From assembly GCA_036172245.1 (NCBI GenBank), contig JAYWIR010000020.1, forward strand, positions 1,302,001-1,366,000: a stretch of 64,000 nucleotides of DNA, given 5' to 3'. Shown piece after piece: positions 52,169 through 64,000 of this stretch (positions are counted from its first letter, which is position 1; each line of letters begins with the position of its first letter). Made by a program: the position numbers and the translations under genes. The notes under the pieces are model-generated. The model worked only from the letters and a program-made list of their open reading frames with translations. It was not told the origin of the DNA and did not search any database. Origin of the DNA: Raillietiella orientalis. Lineage: Eukaryota.

Positions 52169-55100
52169 TCACCTCGTCTTCGAAATCGTGTTCTTCGCCA
52201 GTTCATCCAAATCAGAGTACACCTCAATTGGCAATCCACTGTCCCTGAGCATAGCCAACGCCTTATCACTGTTTGTACCTAAATCAAACGTCACATTAAT
52301 CGATCATCTAACGGAATTAACTGTATTTAAAAGAACAGCATACATTCCAGGATAATGAAGACGCCGTCAGAAAACATAAGACCAGGTGGTATTATTTTAT
52401 GACATACTGCATGGAATTCATGGCATATATTCAAAACAAAAGTCCACGTGAACATGAGTTGTGCTCTTATTACAGCGGGGCCCAACCAATAACGATTACA
52501 CAATGCCAGACCAGATAGAATCCGATCGTGCAGCATAGAAAGACTAACATGACCTGAATGAATGCCCATAATGCTCGTGACCTGTCATACAAGCAATAGT
52601 AGCAAAAGCAAGGGAAAGGTGTCCCCTTCCAAAAAAAAGAACACGCTCTCCTTTTCTAAGGATATTAGGACATGGAATGTTAGCAAAGAAAATATCCGTA
52701 TCCTGATACCCATCCCTTTCATGACAAGCAGCATATGTGTGTTTATTAAGAACATGGAAACACGATACGAAAAAAGTGTACAACAAATACTGGCACCGCA
52801 ACAAACCGTGATGGCGGACTCGGATCAGATGCCTCAGCTGCCGCCATGGACACATGTAAGCGCCAAGATCTGATTCCCTACGCTGACGGAAGGCTCGATG
52901 GCAAATGGAACGGATACAAACCTAGCTGGAACGAATTGAAGCACACGAGCATCACGACCGTGAAGAAATCAAAATCAAGAAGCACGAATCCCCTCAGTTA
53001 GCGGAATCAGAACTTTTGCTCAAGGGCGAAGCGTTCAGGGAAAGGCGAAGTAGTAGCAGGAAATAAATTACATACCATAAGTGAAGCGGTTCCAAGCAAA
53101 TAATCACATAAGAGCTTCAAAAAGCTTAACGTTTACAATCATCACTGCAAAGTTCAATGAAAATTTACTCATTTACGGAGTTAGGCTTTCGGACAGATTT
53201 ATAGCTGCATGCATGACAAAACACTGCTCGCTATGAATCCACGTAGTTCCCGTTTCCACACACCGAAACACGTGTTCTTTCGCCTAAGATACATATGTAT
53301 ATATCTTTCTAAATGCTATCTTAGGCAAAGCTCGTTTTATAAGTTACATATATATAACTTATACACAATCTAAATAGAGGTTACAACTTTATGATCCCTT
53401 GGTGAATGAAAGGACGCAACTCCGCCAATTGCTGAAGCCATGAGTCTGAATGGAACACTCGAATGGTGCCTCAGTGGCCGAGGGTAGAGAGAAGAGAGAG
53501 GTTTCCGTCGCGACGAGGCGATTTGGAAGGAAACGCGGGCTATGGATTGACGACGACAGCAAAACAAGAGAGAAAGTACATTTGCTGAAGCATTTGGTCA
53601 CGCGCCCATACGAGCAGTCCAGTTCCGAAGGCAGTCTCCATCTGAGAGTCAACAAGAACGCAAAGGAGGCTATACCACAATGAAATGTTTACAACATTTC
53701 ATACGTCGAGTGCACAATTTTAATTTGGGGAACAAATCTTATTCCTGTTCGATCACGCCGCTCGATGCAGATGCAAATATGCGCACTGCGATCCAGCACT
53801 ATGATGATGATGATTTGCAAACGTGAACTGGTTTTTCCCTCGTGCGCTTGGCTTCGCAACGGCAAATCGCGGCTCCAGGTTCGTTCGCTCTTCTGAAAAT
53901 CAATGACAGATTGAGGAATGAAAGACTGAAAAGGATTCCACGAAACCGACTGGACGAAGATGCACATCCGTACGAATGAACACGAATGGACGTTGCGATT
54001 TCTGAATTTCACCAGATCGCGTTGAAAGTCCCGACAGATTTATGGCTGAGAGTTATTGGAGCACGCCTTCCTGTATTTTGCAGAGCGGTTGACGAATTCC
54101 GGAATTTTTCGTTCGGAGGGAAGTTCGTTCCCAAGGAAGGAAGGAACAAGTCATCGCCACTGACTTCCATCCCGTTGCAAACTGAATCAAAGCAAGTGGG
54201 AGGTGCAGCATCTAGGAGATGCACGCGAAACTGGTACTGCTAGACTGCAGAACTGCGTGATAAGGCTGAGCGTGTACAAACGGCCTTCCAGCATGAACCG
54301 TACCACGGAGCCGCCCTCGAGAACAGTTAGGCAATAAGCTTTCGTTCAATTCGAGACTGTGAGAAATCCAGAGCACCCAGAACGTCCACTCCGGTTCTGC
54401 TTCCCGATGATTCCCGGATCCAGGTTTGTGTGCGTGAGGAGAGAGGCAGAGGCGCACTACATACTCCGGTTCATATGTTCTTACGCCGTCGAGAGACAAC
54501 GCGAGCACGACCGTCTCCATCGGTATTCCGCGCATGTGACTTCATTGATTTTGCTTCCACTTGCGGGATTTTTCAGCAGACTTATACACGAAATTCTCAT
54601 TTTCACATTTCGTGTTCACTTCAAGCGTGAAGTGAAGAAGAAGCCCACTACTCGAGCTACCACTGGAATGATAATGAAGATGCGAAAGCGCAGTAAGTGT
54701 TTCCAAGGGTACGAGCCAGGGTGTGAAGAAACATCGGATACACTAGCGCGCGCGCGCGCGCACGTCTTGAACACCATTTCGCTCGGACTCGTGGACACTC
54801 GTCGAAAAGATGGTCTATAGAGGTGCGCGTAATCCATAATTATAAATGCAAACGTTTTACTCCGTGCAATTTCAATAGGAAAGTCGGGAAATCCAGGAAG
54901 CGCAAGTTCACAAAGCAAAGAAGATGCGCACAAAGGATTCCTTATGTACCTCTTTCCTATTTTTCGAATCCTCAAGTATCATCTGGTGTCATCCAGTTTC
55001 GAAATTAGAGTCAGATTACAGTAATTCGATTCACATATCCATAAAAATAAATTTGGGGGTGCTTAAGAATGCGCATGCACAGCTCATGAGATGGATGAGA

Positions 55101-56763
55101 TGGCCTTGGGGAGCCAAATTTGTTAACACTCGTTCAGTAACTGAAGCACGCTCAGTGAGAAACTGCTAACAGAAAATTGCAAAAAGCAGATCTTTGAGCA
55201 TTCAATTAATGAAAATTAAATGATGGAAATGAATTCACTTACCGACAAGGCGCGAAAATATCGGAATACTGATCGTTTTACATGTATCGATTATGCATTG
55301 AGCAATTACAGCACAATCCATTATCCCGCAAAAGGCACTGACCATGATGGAATGAACGTTCTTATCTAAAACCTCCCCAAAATGTAGATGCTGAAACGAA
55401 AGCAAAACCTACCGGAAATCAATAGCTCGATTCCGTTCTTAATTCCATCTACTGTGACTTTCCCGCCTAGGTCCAAGAAATTGGCGGGAGACCCGCCATG
55501 CAGTTTCAGAAGATCCAATGTCGCCATGGCCAATCCAGCTCCATTAACTAAATAGCACATTCAGGATATTAGAGGAGAGCATTTCGCGAGCACCTAAGCA
55601 ACCGATGTCGCCATCCAAACGAATGAAAGACATATTGTATTTCTCGGCCTTCAACTCTCTGGGATCCCTTTCCGTATCTTCACGGAAAATGGAAACACCC
55701 TTCTGACGAAACAAGGCATTGCTATCGAATTCTATTTTCGCGTCTACTGCACACAGTCGAGAATCATCGGATTCCGCTAAAGGATTAATTTCCAAAAGCA
55801 AAGCATCGCAACTCGTGAATGTGTGCCACAGCTTTTTGATCACATCGATGGCCTAAGAAGCAGGCTGTGATTCGACAGCGAGCGAACTCTGGAAGCAATA
55901 CCTCGCTCTTGGCATCACCCTTGAATTGCAAGAAATCGGAAATTCTTTCTGCTTGCACATCTGTCACGCCAATGTCCATGTTCACGGGCATCTTCAACAC
56001 TAACTCTGGGCCGGTTTCGGCAACTTGTTCGATGTCCACTCCACCACAAGGTGAAGCAATTATCATAGGGCCGCTATAGTCAACATAGCTGAAATCAATA
56101 AGTGCACCTTAAGCAGCAATTCTTTTGCATGAAATTGATTTTTGATGCTGAATTCTTACTGTGCAATTAAGATACATAAGTATGTTTCCCTGACAATTCT
56201 TATTGATTCTGCAATCATTACTTTCTTGACCAGCAAACCGCTGTCAGGAGTCTGCTTGGTTATCAATCGATGCCCTATCATTTGCCTAGCGATCGAGCCT
56301 ACTTGCTCCGCTCTATGGGACAACACACAAGACCGATCCATACAACAACACATGTAAGATCCATACTCTTTGGTCACATGAACTCCCCCTTTGAACCCAT
56401 TGTCAAAAGATCCTTTTCCTCTTCCTCCGGCGGTGATCTGTGCTTTGATGACATATTCATTCACCTCTATCAGAAAAGGTAAGATGTGTCCGTTAGCAAC
56501 CCGTTACTCACTGAATTCCTCGACTATCTGTTTCGCTTCCTGCACGCTATGTGCAATTTTGAAACGTTGCACTGGCACCTGGTTGTCGTTCAGTATTGTC
56601 TTGTTGTGACACTCTAATAGATGCAACCGACAAGAAATGGAGTTGAGCACCTAAAGATATTTCGTTTGATACTACTTCTCTAGAGTTGTCCAGATTATTG
56701 AATTACCGGTGAGATTCTTCTGCTTAAGAACTTCGCTGTCTGGAACGACGTATAAAAAGCCAT
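52169..56763 (-). CDS. SUCLG2: Mitochondrial succinyl-CoA ligase beta subunit, probably GDP-forming (SUCLG2-like), 9 exons, 420 aa
   Basis: Manually spliced exons on minus: 56763-56707, 56650-56512, 56466-56367, 56312-56160, 56088-55902, 55852-55594, 55547-55413, 55365-55243, 52278-52169. All introns are GT-AG, phases are consistent, total 1263 nt. Motifs: N-terminal presequence-like [107 protein letters not shown]. The GDP- versus ADP-forming call rests on overall resemblance only. Confidence 0.93.
54746..54761. repeat. (GC)8 alternating tract in the last SUCLG2 intron
   Basis: Read directly from the sequence. Confidence 0.9.
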
Positions 56764-56787
56764 GCCGCCAATCAAACAGTAATGTGT

Positions 56788-56794
56788 CTGAAAA
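56788..56794 (-). promoter_or_regulatory. Candidate trans-splice (SL) acceptor TTTTCAG upstream of the SUCLG2 start
   Basis: TTTTCAG on minus ends about 25 nt before the ATG at 56763 and matches the nematode 3' splice-site consensus. It could also be the acceptor of a 5'UTR cis-intron. Confidence 0.45.
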
Positions 56795-57769
56795 ATGTAT
56801 TTCATCACTGAATAGCTGCATGAAGGGAGGCCATATGAAGAACAAACAGAAAATTAAAATAATGTGCAGAAGTATTTTATTAACACAGCTCATACTAGTG
56901 ATATTTAATTCAGAAAGAAACTATAAATGATTGGAAATAAATGTTACAATAATAATGAATGTCTGTAAAGACCGTTGAGACTTTAATACGAGATTCATAC
57001 TTCAAAGAGTTATAAATGATTTCGCTGTTGCTACCATCCCTATTTCGTTTTTATCACAGGGAGCAAAATGCAACATTCTAGACTTCTAATCTCGTATTAC
57101 TTTTTTTTCTCTTTGCCCATTTTCCCTCAGCTTATTTTTTATGTATCCTTCATTCCCTTATTTTCTAGAAATAAATAGCATTTTGGTCATATAGCCAATC
57201 AACCCTTTATCGAATCTTCATTTCCCAAATCCTTTCTTAAACGCAGTAGGTGGAATTTTGTTTTTTCAAGGAATCTTATTGAAACGAGGTTTCATTCGAT
57301 TCCAATTAAACACCGAAAATTGATTACTTTCTCTTGATCTTCGATTTAAAATTTCCTCCCCTCGGTCCAATACGCATTTAATTTGGCAGATTGACTTTTT
57401 GCTCATCCACGTTACAACATTCTTTGTCCCATTACTATCTAGAAGGAAAAATCCCAAAATCTACTTTGGCTAACTGATCACTTTTGCAAATGTGTTTCGT
57501 AAATTTTTCCCAAGAGCCAAAGCAGTTCGAGCATCCTTTAAGCACATATCAACAGTCAAAACAGCAGTCATAACACACACACTGTTTGAAGGGTATTTAA
57601 TAATACATAACAGCACATTCAGTATTCCCATATTACAACGTTACACTAAAAGAACTGAAAAATATGCTTGTTGGCTGGAAAAACAATCCGACGCAGAAAA
57701 AACAAAGCCCAGTAAAAAAACTTCAAAGAGTTTTTATGCAGACGTTGTTTAACTCGACTGACTTGTCAT

Positions 57770-58150
57770 TTGTCGTGTTCTTCCAAGTCTTCCAAAAGAC
57801 ACGGAAGAGCACTGTAGTTTTCGAGGCTTTTCAAAAGAAACGAAACCTAACTTCTATGAAAAGTGTTACTGCAAATGTGCCTATACAGGGTCATCTTAAC
57901 GACAAAACGCTTTCTTGGCTGGTAGATTGCTTCCTCCTCGCCGACTACATCTGTAGAGAACAAGTTTCGGAAACTCTTGCTTTATAAGCGAAGTGATGCT
58001 TACAAATGTTTGGTCACTCTATGATAGCAATTTTAACGTGGAAGGCATATTTGGATCACAACTATAAAAAGATATAATTCAATGTGCGGAAACGTGAAAT
58101 GATGCTGGTATACGAATGGAAAAATGAATTCGCGTGGTCTGTTTTCGAAA
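57770..58150 (+). mobile_element. Possible decayed CACTA/CMC-type transposase fragment
   Basis: LPSLPKDT (57780) and later FNVEGI (58032) resemble the LPKDxRTLL...FNIDGLP pair. The rest is unrecognisable. Confidence 0.25.
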
Positions 58151-58816
58151 ACTCACCCTCCAAACCAAAAAACAGATCGAAACAAACGGTAAGGGACTGA
58201 CTATTGCTGATCAGGGACGAGCCAAATGAAGGCCAACCAGAATTTTACGTTAAAAACTCAACCCGAAAATCTCTGAATGCAAAAAGTACTGTTCAAAAGT
58301 TCCTATGCTTACGGTACAAAACTGTAAACAGTTTGCAGTAAAAATAACACATTTGTTTGAAAGATGAAAGAGCCCAAAGTACACTGTAGCCCAAAATAAT
58401 GTTTCTTATGCATAATATGTGATACAACCGTAAAGATACGTGAGAGATACGAACATCAATAAGAATCCGCGCAGAAATTGCCAAGAAAATGGCTTATACG
58501 GAATGATCACAATTCAGAAAGAGCGAAGCACTCTTCTTGTCCTGAATTTACTTTCCTTGTTTCTACTTCTACTTTCACAGTGTCGGATTGGGTGGCCAGG
58601 AATGATTCTTCTCCGAAAGTTAGGCAAGGTAGCAACAAATCCGATTCACAAATCGAAATGGAAAAAGTAAGAAACAAAAACCAAAAAACACGTACATGCA
58701 GAAAAGTCTAAATTACTTTCGAATAAGCTTGTATAAGATACAAGATTATAAGCTGAATGCACACGATTACAAGTTGAATAAACTACTAGCCCTGAATAAG
58801 CTACTAGGATGATGGA

Positions 58817-59592
58817 AATCCTTCTTTTCTGTCTTCGCAGTTCTTCGACACGGTTCCCCGTTACCCAAGGATGGATAATTCTTCCAGATAGTGGGTACCC
58901 CGGGAGGGGTGAGCCCTATGAATCGAGGAAGGACTCGGAGTCGTTCCTCTTACAGCTGAGGAAGGATTCCCGGAAATGGAGATCACCTCCATCCTGGTTG
59001 TCTCCGAAGGAGAATCCAGAAGGGAATCTCTTTCCTTATTCTCTCCGGAGGACACCCCGGGCGGTCTGCTCCGTTCTTACTTCTCTGAAGGAAACCCGGA
59101 AAGCATCCGATCCTAGAATTTCTTCTCCGGAGGGATACCCCTCAAGGGATCCGCTTCTGTTTTTACTCCTCAGAAGTGAACCCCAAAGGGACGCTTCCGA
59201 AATTCAGAAGGACGCAGCTTCCCGAAGGGATCGGCTCGATTCTCTGCACTCTCTGGAAGGGTGGTGGCGACACACCTACTCCATCAGTACGACGCGGAAG
59301 GTCCCCCCAGAATGGGGGATCCGCTCCTTCACAACTGGAGGGGAGCTCCCACTCCGTGATTCCTGGAAAGATCCGGAGGTCGACTCCCATTTGTCCCGGC
59401 CCTCATTGGGGGAGGACATCCGGTTTTAACCGCTACCTGTGCCGCACCCGAATAAACGCAGACCAACCAGCGTCATCTTGTGAGGTGAACTCCGAACCCG
59501 CGGCGCACTGCGTCGATTCCTTTCGGAGTATTCGAACCCACGGCGCATGGTGCCATGCGCGGAGACCACCGTAACCGCACGGTCTACGACGG
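58817..59592 (-). mobile_element. tRNA-headed SINE-like repeat, long copy 2
   Basis: Homologous to 24620-25335. Head GTCGTAGACCGTGCGGTTACGGTG...GTGGGTTCGAATAC resembles tRNA-Ser/Leu GTCGTGGCCGAGTGGTTAAGGCG...GGTTCGAATCC. Confidence 0.75.
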
Positions 59593-62500
59593 AGCTTCAA
59601 AGTTACAGATTCAGAATCTCGTAAACTTTATGAAATGATGGCTTGTATCTATGAAGCATGGATACACGTGACTTTTCCTTCAGAATTTGAGCTAGCATCC
59701 TAGGAACCTCCCTACGATTCAACACCAGCCTCGATCTGCCAACCTGGTTCTTATCAAGAGCAATGAACTGCACAACATTATTACCATCTAGGCCCTAAAT
59801 ATATTTTTCCTGGTCATAGTAGCCATAGCAGGTGGACTGGCAACTGAATGACGTCACTCGTACTAGGATCAAAACAGCAATTCCTAGACCAATCAATTTC
59901 AGAATTCGGATTCGTCCTCTCGTCTTCTCTTTAGCACCCCTTAGAAGCAAGAGATTTTCTTACAGTTTTGTTCATCTGCTTCTTAAAAACGCAAACGCAT
60001 TCTGCAATAGTGGTCTGCAGAAGTAAATCTGTCCACAATCTGCAGCATGCTTCATTCGGACCAGCAGAGAAAACAGCGATTCCGACGGAGTTTTCACTCT
60101 AAGCAAATTTAACGGAATGGAAATCTGAGCATTTGGCAAAGAAAATTCCAGATTTCTGATGATTGATCTTCTTAGCAAAGATTATAGGCAGGAAGTCATT
60201 TAATTCATACATGGATGGTTTTCAAGAACGACTCCACAATAGTCACACAATCGACGCTTCACATTCGCGTCTCTTTTTCAGGATGCGTCTGTAAACAGAC
60301 AGAAGGAGCACCCAGAAAACCGACGTTTCCTTTTGTATGGCAACGAAAACAAGCCGCAACAGAAACGAGGCACGCGAATTTGGGGTCGCTTCGGCAGATT
60401 GCAATTTCGGAACTGATGAGAAGATCATCTCGACATATCGTTCACTCAAGGAAAAAAATCAAACGTGTCGCAGCTTTTTCTTTTTCTCAACATTTCATGA
60501 CACTCAAAGCAAATATTAAGGGAAGAAAACGGAATGAAATTTAAGAACGTCGAAAAAAACACGAAATTATAAAACGAGAGAATCCCCTCGTGAGAAGAAA
60601 GAGTAGATGGAGAACATCCTGGGAATGGATCTGTGTTCATCGAGACAATCAAATGAACAGAGGAGCTTCTGAACAGAATAGCCTCCACAAGGATTGTTCA
60701 GAAAGCGAATTTAGGACCTCAACCACAGGTGCACCACCCATAATACAGTAATGTCGGTCGTATTTCAGTGTAACTTTCAAGACACGTAGCAAGACTCTTA
60801 TGTGGAACTGCCATGGCTGCTGGCCATTTGGTGTGTAGGCACATTTGAAGAGAGCCTCTCTGCCGGACGTGATACCCCAGCAACAAACGCCCGCTGACTG
60901 AAACACGAATAGCCTTGGCAGCCCTGCAGTCTGAGATCCATACAAAAATTCTATAACCTGTACAATGCTGCTACTAGCTGATGGTGACAAATGATAAGCC
61001 CTGAAGAGAAAAGACTGCTGCAGAAAGCTCAAAACAAACTCTTGAACCCGCACACCAGAAAAACCGTTCGCGCCATTAGAAACAGAGAAGCGAACAAGAC
61101 TATCCCAAAAAACAAGAACTTCAAGAGGAAACAGGTACCTGAAAACGGCACGGACCTGAGAACGTTTTCCTGCATCCTACACGGATTAGGTTTCATGTTT
61201 TTTCCTCCCATCGATGGACCAGACCACGAGACCGAAATTTCAATTTCATCACCTCACGCGCATAAACGTCGAGCTCTCCGAATGAGACAAGCATCCCGTT
61301 TAAAAAGAAACCAAACAAGAAATAAAGTAATCACCTTTGAAACGAGATCAGTGAGATTATGCAGAACAGGCATTATTGATATGCTCTTCTCATTGGTATT
61401 ACTAGGATGCTACACTGGATACATGAAATACGTAGGCTGCTCAGTTGTCCTCTTTATTCTGGCAGTACCCACAATTCATCGGTAGTTATTTCCGTAGAAT
61501 GGAGATTGGGATGTTGCAAAAACGGAATACATTCCAAGAGGGAACAGAAAAAAACATGTGCTAAAGCATATCTGTTAACCATTCATGACTCATCTTGTGA
61601 TTGTGTTCCAGCTGACAATCCCATCTCTGTTGGAAAGGATCTTGAATTGAACAGAAATTGCTGGAGATTGAACACAATTCGAAAGTTTCTATAGGCAAGT
61701 CCTATAGGTTTTGATAAACATACTTATTATGTTCGGGATGCTAACCTACTGGATCTCGCCAACAGTTCGTGGTTGGCAGATGCCACCTGCTTAATGTGTA
61801 CGTTTTCATAGCGCCTCAATAGACACCTTTCATGAACAAAACAGACTGAAGAGAGGCCTTCAGGATGTTAACGAGACCAAGATCATCATGAAGTGTTGTC
61901 GCGACAGATTTAGTGTTGACTTGGTGTCCGAAAAACCCATCAGGCACAAACAATGGGAAACTGAGAATGCTTTAGACCTCTATTCCCACACATACTTAAA
62001 CGGTTATCCTACAGTGATCCATGCCTCCTTGAGTACTTCCCGTCAAGGGAAACAGCTTGCGACAGAAATCACTTGCAAAAGGTTTTTTTTGTGTTTGTTT
62101 CCGCTGACAATCGCAAGCTGAAGCTCTGTGCCATCAGCATAAGTCTCCTTTCGCCATTGCGGTTTTTATTAACCTCTCTTTCTCATTGGTATTAACATTA
62201 TTCCATCTCCCTCGGCAGCCAAATATGAAATCTTATCGGTGCTGCCAATTCGCAACATGAATGTTGCGTGCAATGTGTGCAATCCAAGCAGATGGTGCCG
62301 TAAGCATCAAAAAGTGCTCTTGTTGGTACCAGGAATTGTGTTGCGTAAACATCAATTCCACAGGAAGACAATTACAGCTACACTCGAGTGCCCCCTTCCA
62401 AGTGTTTCTTCGAGGACTTTTAAGCATCACAATTCGATCCATGCCCGAATAGCCCGTTTAGGTATGTCAAAAGTTTCTCTACCGTTTCGAAACTCAAATC

Positions 62501-64000
62501 GCCTTCTGCATACGAAATGCTCCACAATCAACATTGGTTCTCGCAAGGGAATGATGCTTCTTCTATCACTCCTCTCCGGTCGGCAACACATACTACACTA
62601 CCTTTTTTCGGATGATACCTTCATTCGGGTTACAGATGTTTTCTGCTTCCATCACGATCTTTTCGTTAACTGCCAAAAAATGCAAATGTACCGACAGATA
62701 CATTTCCTCTGGAGTTTTTCCACCGGGCCGAATTGCTTATTCGTAAGCTACAGCCAAGTCGCAACGCTGAAACCGTTTCCATCATGTGTTGGCCAAATCT
62801 AGCTGAACGTACGCGTATACAACTATCAATTCAGCCTTCCCCTTGCAATGACATCTTCGAAGACGCGCACGAAGAAGAAATGGTAGAGAAGCAACTCCAA
62901 ACATACACGAGTGAGGTACCCTGAAGGAAAATGGTATTTCAAGATCGCTACGAAAGCAACCTACGAATCGAACAAAGTCGATGGAAGTGTATAATAATAT
63001 AAATGAGAGTAATGCGTAAGCTTTTATTATATGTACAAATGAAACTTGTGGACAAGAAGGCGAATTCTTGAGATCCTGTTAACGTACTTGGCTTTAGGAA
63101 CGCTGCGCATATTGCCACTAAAACCAATCCACTGGCATCATACCTTTCCCATACCCACAGAAAGCTGCCAACGATCGTCTCATTTCATATATATCAAATA
63201 AAAACTGTTTTTCTTTGTTTTTAAAATGAAAACAATGTAATGAAAATTAGAACCGAATTAAATTAGACAAACACACCGATCTAAATAAGCTGAGCATTCG
63301 GCACCAATATGAAGAATTAACCAAATTGGGAAAAATACACTAACAGATTCAGGTCGGGTTAGAATTGCAAACATCTACAGACAGGAAAGAAAAAAAGTAA
63401 AAAAAAAAAAAAAACTATCGGAAGATTCAGAAAAACCTCATGATGAAATGAGGTGATGTGTGCTCATGAGATTCCAACTGTGAATCTTTCTTTGCTGTTG
63501 CACAGCAAATCCCTCAGTACAGAGAATTTAGAACTTTCGCCCTTTCATCACATTCACAAGCCATGCGGCTTAAGATTCCTTTTGTCAATTTCATCAGTGT
63601 CGGAACCTTAGCTATCCCATTCACTACGTCACTGATGATAACATTCATGCTACCATCTTTCTTTTCTGGAGAAAATATCGTCAAATGCCTCAAAAATATT
63701 ATTCAACACTTCACACTTGATAACTTCAGATACTTCGAAACGGAAACACTCGACCCATTTTTGCATCCTGGGCTCTTCACTTGAGAATATGAAACGACAA
63801 AACCAAATCCCTTCGAAAATGAAAGCACTAGTTCAAAAGCATTTTAAACGTAAGTACAGAATTCAATGTTCCTTGCCTTTTTTAAAGAAACTAAACCTAA
63901 GACAGAGTTAGTTTTATCTCCTGATTCATGCACAAACGCCATCCAGAAAGAAAATAGCCCTGTGATATTCTATGAAAATGGCACTCAACGTTCACTAGTT

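Noticed and set aside
24620..59592. The two long direct repeats as paired LTRs of one element
   Set aside because: They are 34 kb apart with host genes between them, lack shared TG...CA ends and gag-pol, and have a tRNA-like head.
59525..59592. Functional tRNA gene (also 25265-25335)
   Set aside because: No complete cloverleaf or anticodon arm; embedded in a longer repeat.
1..64000. CRISPR arrays, rRNA genes, prokaryotic operons, and most short six-frame ORFs as genes
   Set aside because: No regularly spaced repeat-spacer array or rRNA motifs were seen. The sequence is eukaryotic with spliceosomal introns, and most listed ORFs use alternative starts and are chance ORFs or pieces of decayed elements.

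Overview
Eukaryotic genomic DNA, probably a compact-intron invertebrate. Introns of 45-84 nt, a TTTTCAG just upstream of a start codon and an operon-like gene pair are consistent with a nematode, but this is inference. Only two intact host genes are supported, both on the minus strand at 51.4-56.8 kb: a 9-exon mitochondrial succinyl-CoA ligase beta subunit (SUCLG2-like, 420 aa), followed about 150 nt later by a COMMD7-like gene. The first ~50 kb is a graveyard of decayed mobile DNA. It holds a near full-length Tx1/L1-type LINE plus a related 3' fragment, a mariner fragment with one TIR, four copies of a tRNA-headed SINE-like repeat and a histone H2B pseudogene. Most interesting are 4-6 separate decayed fragments of a protein-primed family-B DNA polymerase (pPolB, Maverick/Polinton or linear-virus type). 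They are interleaved with about 6 decayed copies of an unidentified gene ('gene X') that lies directly downstream of pPolB in two places. I could not recognise integrase, packaging ATPase, protease or capsid genes by eye. All assignments come from manual translation and motif reading; no searches were run. Boundaries of decayed elements are approximate.
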